42,404 nucleotides of DNA from an uncultured Haloferula sp. (GTDB lineage Bacteria > Verrucomicrobiota > Verrucomicrobiia > Verrucomicrobiales > Akkermansiaceae): NCBI GenBank assembly GCA_965652295.1, contig CBFGTS010000024.1:1-42404 (forward strand), read 5' to 3'. The notes beneath the pieces were generated by a model that saw only the letters and a list, made by a program, of their open reading frames with translations, ran no database searches and was not told the origin of the DNA. The position numbers and the translations under genes were made by a program. Positions 38,278 to 42,404 of this stretch are shown in pieces (the stretch's first letter is position 1; every line of letters starts with the position of its first letter).

Positions 38278-39177
38278 TCAAGCGGAGCGGCGACGACGCG
38301 CCACCAACCCCAGAGCCGCCAGCCCCGCCAGCATCGCCGACGAAGGCTCGGGAATCGCATTGAGGAACTGGCTCGTGCTCAGAGCCTCGTCACTCCAGCG
38401 GATCTCATCGAGGTAGCCGTTGAAGAAGTCCCCCGGATTTCCATTGAACTGACCGCGCCCGATGGTCCAGGAGGTCGGCGTGCTTGGCACCAACAGTCCG
38501 TCGAAACCCGAGACTTGGCCGACGCTGGTGCCGTCGACGTAGAGGGTCAACGTATCCGCGGTTGAATCGCCCACCGCAGCCAAGTGGTACCAAGTATTCA
38601 AATCCGGAATGAAGGAACTGTTGACCTGGATGTTCGTGTTGCTGGCCGTGATCAGCTCGACGCGGAAGGAATTGGTCGGTGCCGATCCGAGCACGCCACC
38701 GGACTCGCCCATGTATAGCAGCGATTGCCCTCCCGTGCCGGACCCCGGATTCCCGTTGTCGTCCCGGCCCACGAAGGTGTTCCAGCCCGAGTTGTCCGTC
38801 ACGTTCACGAACATCTCCAACGTGAAGTTGGTGAAGGTCGTCGTCGCCAGCGCCGAACCCGCCGGGTTGGGCTGATAGATGTCGTCGCCGCCATCGAATT
38901 CCATCGCCACGTTGTTGCTGTACATTGTGGTGGGCTTCGAAGCCGTCGTGTAGTTCGGAGAGGCAGCGGTGCTCCATGCCACCATTCCATTGGTGCCATT
39001 TCCTCCGCCATCGACCGTGAGGCTGCCGGTGGCCCCGGAGGAGCCGACCGAGTTCACCTCAAGTCCGTTCGTTCCTTCCTCGAAGCTGAAGTAGGCCACC
39101 GTAGAGGCCGACACAGCTTGAATCGCCGCAGCAGCGGCAAGACCAGCAAACGCCGGCCACGCTTGGGTTCGTTTCAT
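38278..39177 (-). CDS. LamG/ConA-like domain protein with PEP-CTERM sorting signal
   Basis: Signal peptide; FTLEMFV, WYHLAAV, LYVDG, TIGR, FNGYLDEIRWS; C-terminal IPEPSS + TM + RRRR. Confidence 0.93.
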   Translation of the reverse strand: MKRTQAWPAFAGLAAAAAIQAVSASTVAYFSFEEGTNGLEVNSVGSSGATGSLTVDGGGNGTNGMVAWSTAASPNYTTASKPTTMYSNNVAMEFDGGDDIYQPNPAGSALATTTFTNFTLEMFVNVTDNSGWNTFVGRDDNGNPGSGTGGQSLLYMGESGGVLGSAPTNSFRVELITASNTNIQVNSSFIPDLNTWYHLAAVGDSTADTLTLYVDGTSVGQVSGFDGLLVPSTPTSWTIGRGQFNGNPGDFFNGYLDEIRWSDEALSTSQFLNAIPEPSSAMLAGLAALGLVARRRRSA

Positions 39178-39429
39178 TGGGTTTTTGGTATGGGTTTTAA
39201 CGAGCCCTCAAATCCGCGGAGCCGCCGAAATGGCAGCGCCCTACGCCAATCCAAGGAACTCGGCGGCAAGCTAGAAAATTCGTTTTACAGGTCAACAGGA
39301 AACGAATCCTAAGAATCGATTCCTTCAGCTTCTTATTGCGCATTTTTCGACCTCCTTAGCCCCCGCCGGGGATCTGCCCGATCCAAACCTTTGGCAAACC
39401 GACCCGGACATGGTCTTCTCCTCTCCAGC

Positions 39430-41946
39430 GTGAGCAGCAAGCACGATCCCACCCCTGAACTCCTCAGCCCCGCCGGCAACTGGGACTGCGCCCGTGCCGC
39501 CGTTGCCGCCGGGGCCGATGCAATCTTCTTCGGCCTGCCGGCTTTCAACGCCCGCCTGCGCGCCGACAACTTCACCGAAGAAGACCTGCCGGAGTTGATG
39601 GACTTCCTCCACCGCCACGGCGTGAAGGGCTTTGTCACCATGAACACGCTGATCTTCACCGGCGAACTCGCCGCCGCCGAAGAGCAGCTCCGCAAGGTCG
39701 CCGCGGCCGGCGTCGATGCCCTCATCATCCAGGACCTCGGCCTCGCGAAGATGGCCCGGGAAATCGCCCCGGACGTCGAGTTGCACGCCTCGACCCAGAT
39801 GACGATCACCTCCCCCGAGGGCCTCGCCTTTGTGGAAAGCCTCTTTCCCCTCGAACGCGCCGTTCTCGCCCGCGAGCTCTCGCTCAAGGAAATCGACCGT
39901 TTCCAAACCTCTTCGCTGAACACTCCTCTGGAAGTCTTCGTCCACGGCGCGCTCTGCGTCGCCTACTCCGGCCAGTGCCTCACCAGCGAGTCGCTCGGCC
40001 AACGCTCCGCCAACCGCGGCGAGTGCGCCCAGGCCTGCCGCATGCCCTACGAACTGGTCGTTGACGGCGAAACGAAGGAGATGGGCGAGGTCCGCTACCT
40101 GCTCAGCCCGCAGGACCTCGCCGTCGTCGATCTCATTCCCGACCTGATCCGTTCCGGCGTGAAATCCTTCAAGATCGAAGGCCGTCTCAAGTCGCCCGAA
40201 TACGTCGCCGCCGTCACCCGCGTCTACCGCAAGGCCATCGATGCCTGTGGCTGCCCCGACTTGTCGGGGCAGGCCGTGGAAGCGGCGGCCCGCCGCGTCT
40301 CCCCCATCACCCCCGCCGACCGCTACGCGTTGGAGATGACCTTTTCCCGCGGTCTCTCCACCGGCTGGATGTCCGGCACCGACCACCCCTACCTCACCCA
40401 CGGCCGCTTCGGGAAAAAACGGGGGCCGTTCCTCGGCACCATCACCGAAGCCCAGAACGGCTGGATCCGCCTCGACACGCCGCCCTCACAGCAGATCCCG
40501 CCACTCAAGCCGGGCGATGGCGTCGTCTTCGATGCCGGGGAAAACCGCGACCTCGAACAGGGCGCGTCCATCTGGAAGATCGAGAACGACCGCATTATCT
40601 TCCACCGCACCTTCAGCGGCATCAATTTCGACCGCATCCGCCCCGGCGTCACCCTCTACAAGACCTCCGATCCCGCCCTGCAGTCGGAAATCCGCCGCTT
40701 CTGGCAAAACGCCAAGCTCACGCCGAAAAAATCGTCCCTCCACCTCACCGTCACCGGCCGCCCCGGAGAAAAGCTCATCCTTGGAGGGGGCACGCCCTCG
40801 TGCCCCGAGCCCGTGCAGGTCGCCTCCGCCATCGACCTCCAACCCGCCGCCAAACACCCGCTTTCCACCGAAACCCTCGAAGCCCAACTCGGCCGCCTCG
40901 GCGACACCCCCTTCGAACTGGCCTCCCTCGACAGCCGCCTCGAAGGCGACTGCCACCTCCCCATCTCCGAGCTCAACCGGCTCCGTCGCGAACTCGTGGC
41001 GGCACTTTCCACCTCCGACTTGCCGCAAAGGTCCGCCACCTCCGTCAGCCACCGCGATCTCCTTCCACGGATCACCCCCGACACACCGCCGCAGGCGGCA
41101 TTGTCCGTCCTCTGTCGCAGCCTCCCCCAGGTCGAAGCCGCCCTTTCCCTTCAGATCCCCACCATCTACTGCGATTTCGAAGACCCGCGCCGATACAAAG
41201 AGGCGGTCGCGCTCAAGTCCCAAATCTCCGGCCCTCCCTCCCGGATCCACCTGGCCACCCCACGCATCATCAAGCCCGGTGAACTCGGCTACCTGAAGCT
41301 CATCGAGCGCGCCGAGCCCGATGGACTCCTGCTGCGCAACCTCGCCGCCCTTCACCACTACCGCGACCGCAGCGACCTTGTGAAAACCGGCGATTTTTCC
41401 CTCAACGTCGCCAACCCCATCACCGCCCGTCTCCTCCGCGAGGCCGCCGGGCTCGATCGGCTCACGATTTCCTACGATCTCAACATCTCCCAGATCCTCG
41501 ACCTTCTCGGGGGCGCGCCGCCCTCGTGGTTCGAGCTCACGCTCCACCAGCACATGCCGCTCTTCCACATGGAGCACTGCGTCTTCTGCACCTTCATGAG
41601 CACCGGCACCTCCTACAAGGATTGTGGGCGGCCCTGCGAAAAACACGTCGTCCATCTGCGCGACCGCGTCGGCCAACTCCACCGCCTCCAGGCCGACGTC
41701 GGCTGCCGCAACACCCTTTTCAACGGCCGCGCCCAAACCGGGGCCCGCTTCTTCCCCGCCCTGCTTGATGCCGGGCTGCGTCACTTCCGGCTCGAGCTGC
41801 TTGATGAAGACGCGGATTCCGCGGAAACAGCCATTCGTCTCTACCTCGACCTGCTCGCGGGGCGGATTCAGCCCGGGGAACTCGCATCCCGCGTCGCCGC
41901 TCAGGAAAAACTCGGCGTCACCGAAGGCACCCTGGCCACCCGCTGA
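39430..41946 (+). CDS. U32-family Fe-S protein, long form (RlhA-like)
   Basis: PELLSPAG, HASTQMT, EVFVHGALCVAYSGQC, NRGECAQACR, KIEGRLK; second Cys-bearing C-terminal domain; GTG start at 39430 (approximate). Confidence 0.88.
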   Translation: MSSKHDPTPELLSPAGNWDCARAAVAAGADAIFFGLPAFNARLRADNFTEEDLPELMDFLHRHGVKGFVTMNTLIFTGELAAAEEQLRKVAAAGVDALIIQDLGLAKMAREIAPDVELHASTQMTITSPEGLAFVESLFPLERAVLARELSLKEIDRFQTSSLNTPLEVFVHGALCVAYSGQCLTSESLGQRSANRGECAQACRMPYELVVDGETKEMGEVRYLLSPQDLAVVDLIPDLIRSGVKSFKIEGRLKSPEYVAAVTRVYRKAIDACGCPDLSGQAVEAAARRVSPITPADRYALEMTFSRGLSTGWMSGTDHPYLTHGRFGKKRGPFLGTITEAQNGWIRLDTPPSQQIPPLKPGDGVVFDAGENRDLEQGASIWKIENDRIIFHRTFSGINFDRIRPGVTLYKTSDPALQSEIRRFWQNAKLTPKKSSLHLTVTGRPGEKLILGGGTPSCPEPVQVASAIDLQPAAKHPLSTETLEAQLGRLGDTPFELASLDSRLEGDCHLPISELNRLRRELVAALSTSDLPQRSATSVSHRDLLPRITPDTPPQAALSVLCRSLPQVEAALSLQIPTIYCDFEDPRRYKEAVALKSQISGPPSRIHLATPRIIKPGELGYLKLIERAEPDGLLLRNLAALHHYRDRSDLVKTGDFSLNVANPITARLLREAAGLDRLTISYDLNISQILDLLGGAPPSWFELTLHQHMPLFHMEHCVFCTFMSTGTSYKDCGRPCEKHVVHLRDRVGQLHRLQADVGCRNTLFNGRAQTGARFFPALLDAGLRHFRLELLDEDADSAETAIRLYLDLLAGRIQPGELASRVAAQEKLGVTEGTLATR

Positions 41947-42099
41947 AAGCTGGAGACCGCAAAATATGCGTGTTCCGAGAGAAAAAATTCGACTTTTTCG
42001 GGAACATTTGTAGCTCCCAGTGTTCTTAATGGTCGGAGTCCGATGATCCGGGCTTCGAAATTCGATCGATCCAACAATCACTTCAACCCTACACAGACT

Positions 42100-42404
42100 A
42101 TGACCATGATATTCCGTTCCCTCGTCGCCGCCGCCTTCTGCCTTCCCATGGCTTTCGCCGGCGACTGTGACAAATGCAAGGATGGCGACAAGGAAGAGAC
42201 CCTCGCCGTGATCACCGCCGACTGCGACAAGTGTAAAGACGGCGACAAGGACGAAGAAGCTGTCCTCGCCGACTGCGGCAAATGCAAGGACGGCGACAAG
42301 GACGAAGACACCCTCCTCGCCGGCAAGTGCGAAGGCGGTGACTGCGACAAGGACGAAGACACCCTCCTCGCCGGCAAGTGCGAAGGTGGTGACTGCGACA
42401 AGGA
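42100..42404 (+). CDS. Secreted Cys-pair/acidic tandem-repeat protein (partial, runs off the window)
   Basis: Manual translation: MTMIFRSLVAAAFCLPMAFA-GDCDKCKDGDKEETLAVITA-DCDKCKDGDKDEEAVLA-DCGKCKDGDKDEDTLLA-GKCEGGDCDKDEDTLLA-GKCEGGDCDK...; no stop, GC3-rich codons. Confidence 0.85.
   Translation, partial: MTMIFRSLVAAAFCLPMAFAGDCDKCKDGDKEETLAVITADCDKCKDGDKDEEAVLADCGKCKDGDKDEDTLLAGKCEGGDCDKDEDTLLAGKCEGGDCDK
42295..42404 (+). repeat. 51-nt coding tandem repeat (2+ copies)
   Basis: 42295-42345 and 42346-42396 differ at one synonymous position (ggc/ggt); a third copy starts at 42397. Confidence 0.9.

Noticed and set aside
42078..42401. Minus-strand Ser-rich repeat ORF, or a CRISPR array at the right edge
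   Set aside because: It is the antisense of the plus-strand signal-peptide ORF; repeats are contiguous multiples of 3 with synonymous changes and no unique spacers, and no cas genes are present

Overview
GC-rich bacterial chromosome segment, most likely Verrucomicrobiota (inferred from the PEP-CTERM and SHD1-domain proteins). No prophage, transposase or CRISPR array is visible. The window opens with phoB-phoR and a tRNA-Thr(UGU). A ~17.6 kb minus-strand respiratory cluster follows (20143->2500): alternative complex III (actABCDEF plus an ActG-like/cytochrome c fusion), a CcoN-like/CcoO-like/cytochrome c trio, and an A1-type aa3 oxidase (coxA, coxC, subunit IV, two small membrane proteins, coxB). 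A perfect Rex-type operator lies upstream of actA. The rest is mostly housekeeping: pyrF, an M20 hydrolase, prmC, murA, a GT4, panD, a GH2, ppc, coaB, an inositol monophosphatase, ispF and a U32 protein. Main oddities, all from by-eye motif alignment: (1) the CcoN homologue is full length but has lost 5 of 6 metal-ligand histidines; (2) the CcoO homologue has Cys where the axial Met is expected; (3) CoxA lacks the K-channel lysine; (4) CoxC carries a ~415-aa soluble insertion; (5) an ORF missing from the ORF track, at the right edge, encodes a secreted Cys-pair/acidic tandem-repeat peptide that resembles a multi-core precursor; (6) REPIN-like doublets with compensatory changes, REP-like hairpins inside a CDS, and dispersed 7-nt microrepeats.
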